NCBI GenBank assembly: GCA_040376635.1
Contig: JBEIQF010000001.1
Span: forward strand, 1 to 55,529
DNA from: Halobacteriovoraceae bacterium
GTDB taxonomy: Bacteria; Bdellovibrionota; Bacteriovoracia; Bacteriovoracales; Bacteriovoracaceae
Direction: 5' to 3'
DNA: 55,529 nucleotides
Shown: in pieces, positions 45,837-55,204 of the stretch
How positions within the stretch are numbered: position 1 is the first letter of the stretch
Layout: each line of letters opens with the position of its first letter
Program-made: the position numbers and the translations under genes
The notes under the pieces: model-generated
The model's input: the letters and a program-made list of their open reading frames with translations, nothing else
Database searches by the model: none
Told to the model about the DNA's origin: nothing

Positions 45837-47480
45837 CTACTTTTTAAAACCGATTGTTGCATTTGCGCGGCCATTGCCATCAGAGCGGAATTCCAGCTCA
45901 TTTAAGTAAGTACCTTTGAGTTCCTTCATTTCAACATCGATGAGAGTTTGACCATTAAACGTATCAATCTCTTCATGAATAGCCTTAAGCACTTTGTTTC
46001 TGAATCTTGGAACTGAATTGACTGTCGTCGGCAGTCCGTATTGATCAGCACCTTCAAGGAGAAGTTTATCTTCAGTCGCAACTTTCACAACTTTTATTGT
46101 AAAGTGAGGAACTGAATCCACTTCAACAATATTCAACGCAATCATGAATCTGATCGGGAAACGAATTTCCGAACGACCGACCATGACTCTCTGAGCACCT
46201 TTGAGTTTATAGATGATATCGATATACATCGACAGCAATTCACCTTTTTCTTCAGCAAGGATGAATGATTTCTCAGGACCCATAACGAAGTCTTTACCTT
46301 TGAAAGACTCCTCCCATAATCCAGCCTTAATCGTCGTGTTCACGATTTGGTTCAGATAATGTTCACTCATGCTCATTGCTACGTTCGTTTTCTTTTCAAT
46401 AAGACCACGGTTCAGTTCACGCATGGAACGCTGGAACTGAGTTGGGTCGATTTTTCTGCGGAGTTTAGTTGGGATTTTATTGTCTTCACAAAAACCTTCA
46501 CGAAGAAAAGTACTTTCATTGCAATAATGCCCATCAAGATCGAATTGTACGATACCGGTATTGTTCACGCTCATTTGCTGAACATCAAACACACCTGGAA
46601 TCTCACCCTCCATCCCAAACTTACGTGGCAGTGTTAGTTTCTTCGGATCATCTTTGATGACGTTCGCAAATCGTTCATTAAGTTTTACATTAAGAAGATC
46701 GAGAACACCTTTTTTCATTTGCTCTTCACGCTTGATGAAGAAACGTTTGATTTTCTGCTTATCAAAAGTGATTTCTTTGTGACCGATGCGAATAGAGACA
46801 TCAGGCATGATCATGTCACGAACTTTCAGATCAATCATGTCAGGACTATTAACGACTCTTTCCATGATCTTTCTGATGTCGACACTTTCAAGATTCAGGA
46901 AAATATTGTTCGGGGCTATTGAAGTAGACCATCCCATAGAAACTTCTGCCATGAGTTCAGGACTCACTATAAACTCTGGCTCGATCAATTCGACTGAAAA
47001 AATAATTGGTTCACGAGTCTGAGTTTGTTTTAATTGAACTTCAAAGCTGATTTTGTCCGCTTTGAGATGAACTCCACGCACGTAACTTGTCGTTACGTAT
47101 TCCACTCTTTGCTGAGTTGAAGTTCCAGGCTTAAATTCGGCATTAAAATCACTGATGTTATAAGCGAAATTTTCTACTCTCAGTTTATAATCAGATTCAA
47201 ACAACTGAATCTTCACCACTGATTGAAATTCCCGAATCCAATTCTGAGTATCGCGCGGGACTTCATCAAGGACCTTCGCGAGATCGATGACAATAGGTTT
47301 TTTGATTGTCTGAGAGTAAGGATCACCAAAATTATTGTTAGCGAGAAAAATACGAAGTTGAGTGATGAAATTTTCAGAAGAATCCAGATCAAAGCGGGAT
47401 TTGAAGACAATATCCTGCTGTTCCTGAGCAGATACACCCATTGAGAGGATCAACATAAATAAAGAGATAAGGAATTTCAT
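45837..47480 (-). CDS. Hypothetical secreted protein, possibly BPI/LBP (TULIP)-like
   Basis: 547 aa, signal peptide, beta-rich; AMSMSEHYLNQIVNTTIKAGL segment. Confidence 0.65.
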   Translation of the reverse strand: MKFLISLFMLILSMGVSAQEQQDIVFKSRFDLDSSENFITQLRIFLANNNFGDPYSQTIKKPIVIDLAKVLDEVPRDTQNWIREFQSVVKIQLFESDYKLRVENFAYNISDFNAEFKPGTSTQQRVEYVTTSYVRGVHLKADKISFEVQLKQTQTREPIIFSVELIEPEFIVSPELMAEVSMGWSTSIAPNNIFLNLESVDIRKIMERVVNSPDMIDLKVRDMIMPDVSIRIGHKEITFDKQKIKRFFIKREEQMKKGVLDLLNVKLNERFANVIKDDPKKLTLPRKFGMEGEIPGVFDVQQMSVNNTGIVQFDLDGHYCNESTFLREGFCEDNKIPTKLRRKIDPTQFQRSMRELNRGLIEKKTNVAMSMSEHYLNQIVNTTIKAGLWEESFKGKDFVMGPEKSFILAEEKGELLSMYIDIIYKLKGAQRVMVGRSEIRFPIRFMIALNIVEVDSVPHFTIKVVKVATEDKLLLEGADQYGLPTTVNSVPRFRNKVLKAIHEEIDTFNGQTLIDVEMKELKGTYLNELEFRSDGNGRANATIGFKK

Positions 47481-47544
47481 GATCCTGAAATTCTATCAGT
47501 TTAAAGACGATTGATTGGCCTCGGAGTAAAAAATACAAGGGCCG

Positions 47545-48126
47545 TTAAGGATTTCGCCACCCGGTTCGGATAAGCCATTCCTGGAATTCCCTCGCCTTCT
47601 TTTCCGGCTCCTTAGGCGGTTTATCCAAATGAGTCTGGATGGGATTCTGCGAGATTGGGGGGAGCCCCATGGCCTTTCGTCTTATATCAACCTTCATTAT
47701 ATCCTCAATGGGAGTCCGTTTAAGCTCTCCATCAATCCAATCAGCGTTGGTGCCATAAAGCTGTGGTCGTCCTTCAAAGTATGCGACCCTGTCTTCAGTG
47801 TAGGCTATTAGTTCGAGAATATAGTCGTTTTGTCCGGCCGCAAGCCTCATCTCGATAAGGCATTCTTTCACAAAAGTCGGCCAGGAGATCGCATGCTGAA
47901 TAATGAGCCATGAAAGACGCACACCTTTTTCACCAGCATTACTCAAAACTGGAAAGCCCATCTTCTTGATCATCTCAGAAAGTTTACGAGCATTATTGAG
48001 ATGAACTTTTTCCATTTCGGGATGGTAGGTATCAGAGAGCACACCACGCTGAAGAAGAATATCTCTCATCTGGTGATCTTGCTCGACAAGAAAATGAAGC
48101 TTCTCTTCCCAGGTTAGATCTAACAT
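47545..48126 (-). CDS. DUF6624-like protein
   Basis: D..MR, N...L...I...GFP, WLIIQHA, AY..DRV....G.PQLYGT, VD.RR..MGL.P. Confidence 0.75.
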   Translation of the reverse strand: MLDLTWEEKLHFLVEQDHQMRDILLQRGVLSDTYHPEMEKVHLNNARKLSEMIKKMGFPVLSNAGEKGVRLSWLIIQHAISWPTFVKECLIEMRLAAGQNDYILELIAYTEDRVAYFEGRPQLYGTNADWIDGELKRTPIEDIMKVDIRRKAMGLPPISQNPIQTHLDKPPKEPEKKAREFQEWLIRTGWRNP

Positions 48127-48128
48127 AA

Positions 48129-48563
48129 CTAAATTTTGACGGAAGCACGTAAATCTCCCAGTTGCTTGTTAGCAGCTTCGAGGCGTACCAATAATGGGGA
48201 AAGCTCAGCAGGATCTGGACGATTTCCTTTTCGAAAACCTTTGATAATACCATCGAGTGCTTTGTGAAGTTGAGATAACAGACTATGAATCACAAGAAGT
48301 TTATTTGTGTCCTGAATCTGGCTTGATTTATAACCGAGTTCTTTACCGTATCGTGCAAGCGTCCCTACATCATTTAATGAGAGTGTGAAAGCTGCTCCCA
48401 TAATCCTGTCGACCTTTTGACCATACTGTTCAAAAAAATGATTATCAGAAGCTTCACGAAAACTTTCCAAGAACTGCTTCATTTCATCGAGAACTTCCTG
48501 TGACTCATCCAGAAAGATCTGAAGAAACTCATCATCAATTTCAATTCCAGAATCGTTTAGCAT
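48129..48563 (-). CDS. HPt/CheA-P1-like four-helix protein lacking the phospho-accepting His
   Basis: FLQIFLDESQEVLDEM N-helix; VDRIMGAA at the position of AHxxKGxA. Confidence 0.6.
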   Translation of the reverse strand: MLNDSGIEIDDEFLQIFLDESQEVLDEMKQFLESFREASDNHFFEQYGQKVDRIMGAAFTLSLNDVGTLARYGKELGYKSSQIQDTNKLLVIHSLLSQLHKALDGIIKGFRKGNRPDPAELSPLLVRLEAANKQLGDLRASVKI

Positions 48564-48568
48564 AAAAC

Positions 48569-48826
48569 CTATCTGAATGAATTGAAGACGAAGTAATTAG
48601 ATAGTCTTGTCGATGGATCTTTAACTGGAGCATCAAAATCGAGAGTCTCCGGTTTGTACTTCATAACAAAAATAGATTGGCCGGTTTTAAAAAGCTCAAC
48701 TGAATGTCCGTAGCACAAATTAATAGGAGTCGCCTCAGATCCATTTTGGTAAATGAAGTCTTTCTGATTAGCGTAAGTATTCTTCCCAAGACTCTTGCAT
48801 GCAGCACATTTTTTCATGTGAAACAT
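48569..48826 (-). CDS. Small hypothetical protein, possible zinc finger
   Basis: CAAC ... LCYGH.VELF..GQ. Confidence 0.6.
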   Translation of the reverse strand: MFHMKKCAACKSLGKNTYANQKDFIYQNGSEATPINLCYGHSVELFKTGQSIFVMKYKPETLDFDAPVKDPSTRLSNYFVFNSFR

Positions 48827-48919
48827 ATCGGTATTTTCTTAATAGTTCTTTCTGAATTTAGGTAAAGATCATGCAAAATTAAGGTTATTAATTCGCTCGG
48901 CCATCACTAGAATCTCTGT

Positions 48920-49333
48920 ATGGATACGCAAACTACCCCTAATTATGACAATGTGATTTTTTTTGATGGTTACTGTGGGCTCTGTAATGGATTCGTCGAC
49001 TTTGTGATGTCTATCGACAAAGAAGAGAAGTTTAAATTCTCTCCCCTACAAAGCGAATTTGCACAGAGAAATCTCCCACCAGAGATGACTGCAAATCTTG
49101 ATTCAGTCGTTTTTCTGAAGCAAGGAAAGACATATAGAAAATCAAAAGCTGTGATTCGTATTCTGGAAGACATGGGTGGAATCTGGAAATTTGCGACGAT
49201 CGGAAAAGTCATGCCTGAAAAGTTTCTCAATAGCGCGTATGACTTGGTAGCAAAAAATCGATATAAGCTATTTGGCAAAAAAGAAACTTGTCGACTCCCT
49301 ACGCCGGCTGAGCGCGCACGATTCATTAGCTGA
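48920..49333 (+). CDS. DCC1-like thiol-disulfide oxidoreductase (DUF393)
   Basis: IFFDGYCGLCNG.V.F, F.F.PLQS, Y.LVAKNRYKLFGK.ETC.LP. Confidence 0.92.
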   Translation: MDTQTTPNYDNVIFFDGYCGLCNGFVDFVMSIDKEEKFKFSPLQSEFAQRNLPPEMTANLDSVVFLKQGKTYRKSKAVIRILEDMGGIWKFATIGKVMPEKFLNSAYDLVAKNRYKLFGKKETCRLPTPAERARFIS

Positions 49334-49473
49334 AGACAAACTTAAAATCCCTTAAAAACCTTCTTAACTAAATCTAAATTAACAACAATGTAGTCATAGA
49401 TTGAGGTTCCCTTAATATTCTTTACGAAATCACTCTGGCATAAAGTCGAAAACTTTTTCTGCGAGGTGAAAGA

Positions 49474-50820
49474 ATGAAGAAATTTATTGTAGTCGTTGCT
49501 TGGGCAATAATGCTCGCTACGAGTGCTGAAGCATTTGATGTAAAACTACTGGCCAACAACAAAGAGGCCTTCTCCAGGGAGCTTACAAAAGAGCAAACTT
49601 CCCAGGCTGTTCAATGGTCTTCAAAGCACCACTTGAAATCTGATCTGAAAGTTCGTGCACTTGCCGCACTTGCAAACACATTTAACGTGATGGAGAAGAT
49701 CGACACGACATGTGAAGTTGGTCTAGTGAGACAACTTCAAGCTGACGCTAAAGCACATCAGGTCATTTCTGGTACTGAAGAAACTAGCGTTCTTCTTAGC
49801 TACCTTCGTCAACAGGACCTGATCGACGACGTACTCTATAAACTTCTTAGTGACTCTGCAGGTGTAGAATCAGACTTCATCAAAAATATTGATGAACGTC
49901 CAGCTCGTCCATTCAACGTTTATACAAGACAAAATGCTGATATCGATGTTGAGAAAATGTACGCACCGTTCAAGCAATGGCCTGACGATGTGAAGAAATG
50001 TACGCTCAACACTTACTTCGATCTCGTTAACACACTTACATTCAAGAATGCTAAAGACCGTGATAGCCAGATGTCTAAGCTGAATTACATTGCATATGTT
50101 AACGGCACTATTGATCTTGAGAAATACAACAAGCTCATGGCCCTTCAGGAAAGAGGCGTTTATGACTGGCCTATCTATTTCAGAAGATATGCTGACATCA
50201 TCAATAACGCTAAAGATAAACTAACAAAGACTCCTGAAGCAAAAGCTACTCACAACTTCACTGTTGAGTACGTTTCTAAAAGAGACAAGCTTACTCAGCG
50301 TGGAAATCTCTACCGCACATATAACAGTACTCAGGTGATGATGCTTGCTCAGATCATCGAGAAGACTGCTAAACGTATGGACGCTCGTAACGTTTCACTT
50401 AACTGGCAATATACAGATGATCCGAATGGCGAAAGAGAAATTTATGTTCTTTCTCCAATGGAGCAGTACCGTGCAGCTATCAAAATGCTGAGAAAAGATA
50501 TGGCCGAAGTGATGAGATCAGACGCATTCCGCGGAACAGGTCTTGAATACGATCACCTTATCGCAGCTGCATACGAAGCTGGTTTCATCAAGTCTCATGA
50601 ATTAGACCAGGTTCTGAAGTTTGAAGATTTCTGGAATCCAAAAACTCCAAAGTGGAAAGCTTATGCAAACTTTGCATTCTCTCTGGCAGGAACGGCAACG
50701 TTCTACCTTCCACCTCCATGGAATATCATCGGCGCTATCGGTCTCGTACTTACACAGTCAAGACTTGTTAACGGTGATGTGGCCCCTGATGCAGATGAAA
50801 ACTGGAACGTGATTATTTAA
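49474..50820 (+). CDS. Hypothetical secreted protein with C-terminal hydrophobic segment
   Basis: Signal peptide, GAGG SD; helical; FAFSLAGTATFYLPPPWNIIGAIGLVL near the C-terminus. Confidence 0.75.
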   Translation: MKKFIVVVAWAIMLATSAEAFDVKLLANNKEAFSRELTKEQTSQAVQWSSKHHLKSDLKVRALAALANTFNVMEKIDTTCEVGLVRQLQADAKAHQVISGTEETSVLLSYLRQQDLIDDVLYKLLSDSAGVESDFIKNIDERPARPFNVYTRQNADIDVEKMYAPFKQWPDDVKKCTLNTYFDLVNTLTFKNAKDRDSQMSKLNYIAYVNGTIDLEKYNKLMALQERGVYDWPIYFRRYADIINNAKDKLTKTPEAKATHNFTVEYVSKRDKLTQRGNLYRTYNSTQVMMLAQIIEKTAKRMDARNVSLNWQYTDDPNGEREIYVLSPMEQYRAAIKMLRKDMAEVMRSDAFRGTGLEYDHLIAAAYEAGFIKSHELDQVLKFEDFWNPKTPKWKAYANFAFSLAGTATFYLPPPWNIIGAIGLVLTQSRLVNGDVAPDADENWNVII

Positions 50821-50838
50821 TTAAGGGAGATATATAAA

Positions 50839-52068
50839 ATGAAAAGCAAAAAGCTGCTGGCACTTGTTGCCTTGATGTCCTTCTCTGCTCTTGCAGACGT
50901 AGGTCCATCATTCAAAGTCCTCATGAGACAAGAAGGATCAAACAGAGTTTATTACACTCAAGCCGAAATGCCGGATCTTGAGAGCAACAACTCTTTTGAC
51001 GGAAAGTATTTCAAGGTAGTGAAAGGCAAAGATAAAGAAGCCATTTCTTTTGATGAAAAAGATCCTGAAATTCTTTTGAAAGCTGCTAACACTTACTACC
51101 ATCTCAGCAAAGCACGTGAGTTTTGGGTAAAAGAGATGGAGTCTGAAACGGCTGCGGCTCTTCCTAAAATGATCGTTCGAGTAGAGATCACAAACCAATT
51201 TGATGATCTTGGACACTTTGCTCACCAGAACAAAGCGCCACAATACAATAACGCTCTTTCTGTTCCAGAAGGTGAAACACCATCATGGGTACCTGCTGAC
51301 AAGCAAGACAAATGGGGCAAAGAGATCTGGTTCCGTCCAATGAAGAAGATTCTTACTTCTGAACTTGGACCAATGGGACCGAATCCACTTACTCAAGGTC
51401 TGATGGCACTTGAACGTCCACTGCTTAGTTACACTGTTAACCAGTTTAACCAGAGACTCATGGAACAGTTCTTCTATCCTGCTTATGTATCAAGACCTCT
51501 TCACGAAGATGTTATCCGTTACGTTGGTACGATGGCCCTTATGCGCGTGATGATCTACGGATCAAAACATGCTGACAGACTATTCATCGACAAATACTAC
51601 TATCTTGATACAGCAATGCTTCCAGAGATTGCTTATCACGAATACGCACACGTAGTTCTTGCTGATAAACTTGCAATGTCACACTCAACTCCAATGAACG
51701 AAGGTATGGCGGATTACTTCGCAGCTGTTCAATCTGGTAAGAGAAAAGTTTACGGCAAAGTACCAGGTCGCAGTAATGCTGCTCCAAAAGACACTCAAGA
51801 AAAGAGAACTTATACTCACTGGGATGAATCTAACCGAAATGCCACAGCGGACTTCACTCTTTCAGTTCTTTGGGACGTAAGAGAAACGCTTGGCGAAGAA
51901 GTTGGTGATAAAGTTGTTTATCAGGCCAGACACTATCTCAAAACTGAATCTTCAACGATCAGTGATGGATTGTTAAGAGCGATCCTTCGAGCATGTGAGG
52001 ACAAATGTCCTGAACCTCGAAATGATAAGTACAAACTGTATCAGACGTTTGGAAGAAAAGGTTTCTAA
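50839..52068 (+). CDS. Secreted gluzincin metalloprotease (M4/M36-like)
   Basis: Signal peptide; ANTYYH, YNNA, HEYAH...MNEGMADYFA, LWDVRE.LG. Confidence 0.8.
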   Translation: MKSKKLLALVALMSFSALADVGPSFKVLMRQEGSNRVYYTQAEMPDLESNNSFDGKYFKVVKGKDKEAISFDEKDPEILLKAANTYYHLSKAREFWVKEMESETAAALPKMIVRVEITNQFDDLGHFAHQNKAPQYNNALSVPEGETPSWVPADKQDKWGKEIWFRPMKKILTSELGPMGPNPLTQGLMALERPLLSYTVNQFNQRLMEQFFYPAYVSRPLHEDVIRYVGTMALMRVMIYGSKHADRLFIDKYYYLDTAMLPEIAYHEYAHVVLADKLAMSHSTPMNEGMADYFAAVQSGKRKVYGKVPGRSNAAPKDTQEKRTYTHWDESNRNATADFTLSVLWDVRETLGEEVGDKVVYQARHYLKTESSTISDGLLRAILRACEDKCPEPRNDKYKLYQTFGRKGF

Positions 52069-52072
52069 CCGC

Positions 52073-52098
52073 AAAGGGCTCCGGAAGGAGCCCTTTTT
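52073..52098 (+). terminator. Intrinsic terminator after the metalloprotease gene
   Basis: AAAGGGCTCC-GGAA-GGAGCCCTTTTT. Confidence 0.85.
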
Positions 52099-52187
52099 AT
52101 TTGCCCGGAAGATCCAGCAAATCCTCAGAACTACCTTCCAAATTGCATTTTAAACAGTTTTCATTATTACAACTGACATTCAGGCAC

Positions 52188-52220
52188 AAAAAAAAGCCCC
52201 TCTTTAAGAGGGGCTTTTTT
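52188..52220 (-). terminator. Intrinsic (bidirectional-type) terminator closing the HTTM operon
   Basis: A8-GCCCCTCTT-T-AAGAGGGGC-T6. Confidence 0.85.
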
Positions 52221-52221
52221 A

Positions 52222-53154
52222 TTAAGCTGGTGATGGTGATCTTGAAGGTAGAAGTCTAACAAATCTTTGTTTGAACCAATCTATCTCTCTCGGTTCCAGG
52301 AACAATATGTAAGCTGCGATCATAACCCATTCGAAGAATCCGATACTCATTGAAACTTCGATTCCCAGGTGAAGAAGAAGTCCGGCAAGTAAAACCCAGA
52401 TCCTCAACTCTTTTACCCAGACCAGGGTTCCCATCGCAAATTCAATAAAGAGGGCCGACCAGGTTGCGAATTTAACTAAGGATGGAAAATCAAATACAAT
52501 CGGTAAAACAATTCGCTGGAAGTTTACTAACCGGGATGTGTAGTAAACGGCCGTTCCATCTACCCAGTCATATCCTTTTAATTTAAAAAGCGTTGTTGCG
52601 AAGTAAACCAGAGAGAACTGAAGCTGCATCAGTCTTATGGTGACCAACGATATTTCAGGGCCGTAGGGAGTTCCTCTTTCTTTTTTTAAGAAAGCATCGA
52701 CCGAATACTTCACATGGGTCGGAGCAAAGATCATCAAAAACAACATACATCTCATAAGAGTGTCACCGCTGTTAAGGATCGAGTAGTTCCGGTTCTGCAT
52801 AGAAACCATCAGGATAAAGCACACGATCGTCGAGATGCGTGTTTTGAAGCCGATCATGATAAAGACTGAAGACACAATATAAGAGATCAGGACGAACCAG
52901 GCAGAGAATTCTGTTGGTGAAAGCCAGTTATAAATATTAAAACGGAAATTGCTGTAAAAGTTTACAGCTTCTTCGAGCGGAATTAGGGACTTATCCCCTA
53001 ACCCATACCACTCATGAAAATCTTCAACTAAGCTGATTCCGTTTATAAAGAGAAAGACACCGAACATGATGCGAAAGATGCATAAGGCCGAAGCATCGGT
53101 CTTCTTGTAGAAGAAATTATCCCAGCCAGTCATAAATGAGTTAAGTGAAAACAT
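52222..53154 (-). CDS. HTTM domain membrane protein (vitamin K-dependent gamma-carboxylase/SdpB-like), copy 2
   Basis: L.IFRI.FG, GFKTR, RN...LNSGD, SVD, RLMQLQ..VYF....KL...W.DGTA, W....E, LHLGI.....IGFF..M. Confidence 0.88.
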   Translation of the reverse strand: MFSLNSFMTGWDNFFYKKTDASALCIFRIMFGVFLFINGISLVEDFHEWYGLGDKSLIPLEEAVNFYSNFRFNIYNWLSPTEFSAWFVLISYIVSSVFIMIGFKTRISTIVCFILMVSMQNRNYSILNSGDTLMRCMLFLMIFAPTHVKYSVDAFLKKERGTPYGPEISLVTIRLMQLQFSLVYFATTLFKLKGYDWVDGTAVYYTSRLVNFQRIVLPIVFDFPSLVKFATWSALFIEFAMGTLVWVKELRIWVLLAGLLLHLGIEVSMSIGFFEWVMIAAYILFLEPREIDWFKQRFVRLLPSRSPSPA

Positions 53155-53156
53155 AA

Positions 53157-53684
53157 TTACCTCTCAACCTGTTGAGTGATCAGAACTTCGTTTTTTTCCT
53201 GTCTTGGAGTCTTGTAGATAGACGGAATTGAATGATCGGAGAAAGCGTGGATCTCAGACCACTTTCTCTTAATTTGAACATTCACAATTGGATTCCCCTC
53301 AATCTGATACTTACGAGTGAAATATCTAATTGCAGGTTTAAGAAGAACTCTTTGATTAGGATTACGAAGGTTGTCCTGTGAATATTTCATCCAGCGGGCC
53401 TTTCTGAATGGCGCCAACAATCCCTCAGGATTTTTCTCTACATCGTATTCTTTCACATCACCGTTTTGGTAAGTGATCGCCACATAACTTTTTGAATCGA
53501 ACTTGATCGGATTTGGTGCGAACATCGACCAGCTCGGCCAGATACCTACTGCGAAAGCAACTTTCATCGCTTTATCTTTCAATCTGAAATTGAGAGTATT
53601 CGTTTCAGGTACTCCTGCAAAATAGATCACAGCCAGATAGGACACAATTAATGTGTTCAGAATGTACTTAGTTAACCGTCTCAT
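53157..53684 (-). CDS. SdpA/DUF5819-like membrane-anchored partner protein, copy 2
   Basis: N-terminal TM, WPSWSMFAPNP, R..RW.KY; overlaps the upstream HTTM gene. Confidence 0.72.
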   Translation of the reverse strand: MRRLTKYILNTLIVSYLAVIYFAGVPETNTLNFRLKDKAMKVAFAVGIWPSWSMFAPNPIKFDSKSYVAITYQNGDVKEYDVEKNPEGLLAPFRKARWMKYSQDNLRNPNQRVLLKPAIRYFTRKYQIEGNPIVNVQIKRKWSEIHAFSDHSIPSIYKTPRQEKNEVLITQQVER

Positions 53685-54639
53685 GTTGACCTCTTACTGT
53701 TCTGATTAGTTTTTCTTTTATTTCATTCGCTAAATTCGTGTCATTGATTCCAGAAATGAATGCCTCTTTCATCTTCACAACGAATGCCTTCAATTCTTCA
53801 GGAGTGAAGAAGTTCATCAGAAGAACAATCATCGACAATTCAAAGAATGGAATACTCATCGTGTATTCAATCCCCAGATGGAAGAGGACACCTACGATAA
53901 TGACTGGTTTACGAAGCTTTTTAACCCAGATGAGAGACCCCAGAGAGAATTCAACTAACAAAGCTCCCCAAGTAGCGAGCTTGAGGAACAGCGGCGAATC
54001 TAACAAAAATGGCACAGGGAAATTTGTTAATCCTTCGATTCTCGTCGCATAGTAAACAGCTGTACCATCTAACCAAGTATCCCCTTTCAGTTTGTGCCAC
54101 GTCGTCCAAAGATACACGACAGAGATCTGAATCTGAATGAGGCGTAGTGCCCAAACAGGCCACGTTCTCTTTTGACGAAAACTTTCAAAGTATCTTCCCA
54201 GTAAAGAATCCACTGAAAATGAATGTCCACATGGAGAGCAAATAAGAAGCAATGTAATGGCCCTCATTAACATTTCAGACGAGCTTAGAAGCCATATGTT
54301 GCGCTGGTGAAGACTCGCCATACAAATGAATGCAATCATCAATGAACCGCGTGTAAATAATCCCAACATCGCAGTGATGAGTGAGATTCCGTAAACAATC
54401 ATCACTCCATAAGCAACTTCATAAGTTGGTTTAAAAAGTTTAAACAAACTTATATGCAAAAATGGGAATTCATTTTCAGCAGTTGTATGGGAAATAATGG
54501 CATGAGGACCATAGAAGTCAGTGACATTACCGAGATCCATAAGGAAATAACAGAAAAGTAATCCGGTCCAGATGATTCTGAAAAGTGCGATCCCTTCTGT
54601 TGGTCTCTCTTCAAAGAAGAATTTATTAAGCGCGTTCAT
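53668..54639 (-). CDS. HTTM domain membrane protein (vitamin K-dependent gamma-carboxylase/SdpB-like), copy 1
   Basis: IALFRI..G, GLFTR, RN, FSVD, W.LRLIQIQ.SVVY....KL...W.DGTA, FHLGI.....IPFF..M; TAATG overlap with upstream gene. Confidence 0.88.
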   Translation of the reverse strand: MNALNKFFFEERPTEGIALFRIIWTGLLFCYFLMDLGNVTDFYGPHAIISHTTAENEFPFLHISLFKLFKPTYEVAYGVMIVYGISLITAMLGLFTRGSLMIAFICMASLHQRNIWLLSSSEMLMRAITLLLICSPCGHSFSVDSLLGRYFESFRQKRTWPVWALRLIQIQISVVYLWTTWHKLKGDTWLDGTAVYYATRIEGLTNFPVPFLLDSPLFLKLATWGALLVEFSLGSLIWVKKLRKPVIIVGVLFHLGIEYTMSIPFFELSMIVLLMNFFTPEELKAFVVKMKEAFISGINDTNLANEIKEKLIRTVRGQHETVN

Positions 54640-55169
54640 TACAGCACCTCATGGGTGTAGAATTTATGTTTTGAATGGGACTTTGCTTTAGATAAATGAG
54701 GAATGAATTTTTTATCCATGTCTGGAATAATGTTCCAATGACGATAAAGATGAACTTTCATAGGGATTTTGTGAAAGTTATTTTCTTTTAACTTTCTCAA
54801 TGCAAACTTCGAAGTATCAGGCCACAAATGACTGTTTACATCTTTACGAATAGCTTCTGTGATCACGCGATATCTTTCACCATGGGTATATTTATCGGCT
54901 AGGTTCATTTTAGATGCATCTGGAAAATAATAAACATCAGTTGAACCATCATCAAACTCCACTTCTGCAGTTAAATGAACATTTGTCCTGGCGGGATTGG
55001 GTGAAAACATCTTCCAGCTTTGATAAAGACTAAAAAATGAAAGATAAGAATCAATAGGCCTGTAGAGACTTGCCACAATTTCATTTTGCATTGGCATGTG
55101 AATGCGAATCATGGTGAGAAAATTGAAAACAATGAATCCCGAAATCAAAAACTTTTTTGTTTTGCTCAT
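54639..55169 (-). CDS. SdpA/DUF5819-like membrane-anchored partner protein, copy 1
   Basis: N-terminal TM, YQSWKMFSPNP, ERYR. Confidence 0.72.
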   Translation of the reverse strand: MSKTKKFLISGFIVFNFLTMIRIHMPMQNEIVASLYRPIDSYLSFFSLYQSWKMFSPNPARTNVHLTAEVEFDDGSTDVYYFPDASKMNLADKYTHGERYRVITEAIRKDVNSHLWPDTSKFALRKLKENNFHKIPMKVHLYRHWNIIPDMDKKFIPHLSKAKSHSKHKFYTHEVL

Positions 55170-55204
55170 AGTAAAGCCTTAGTATTTCAGTTGATGAGAT
55201 GGCT

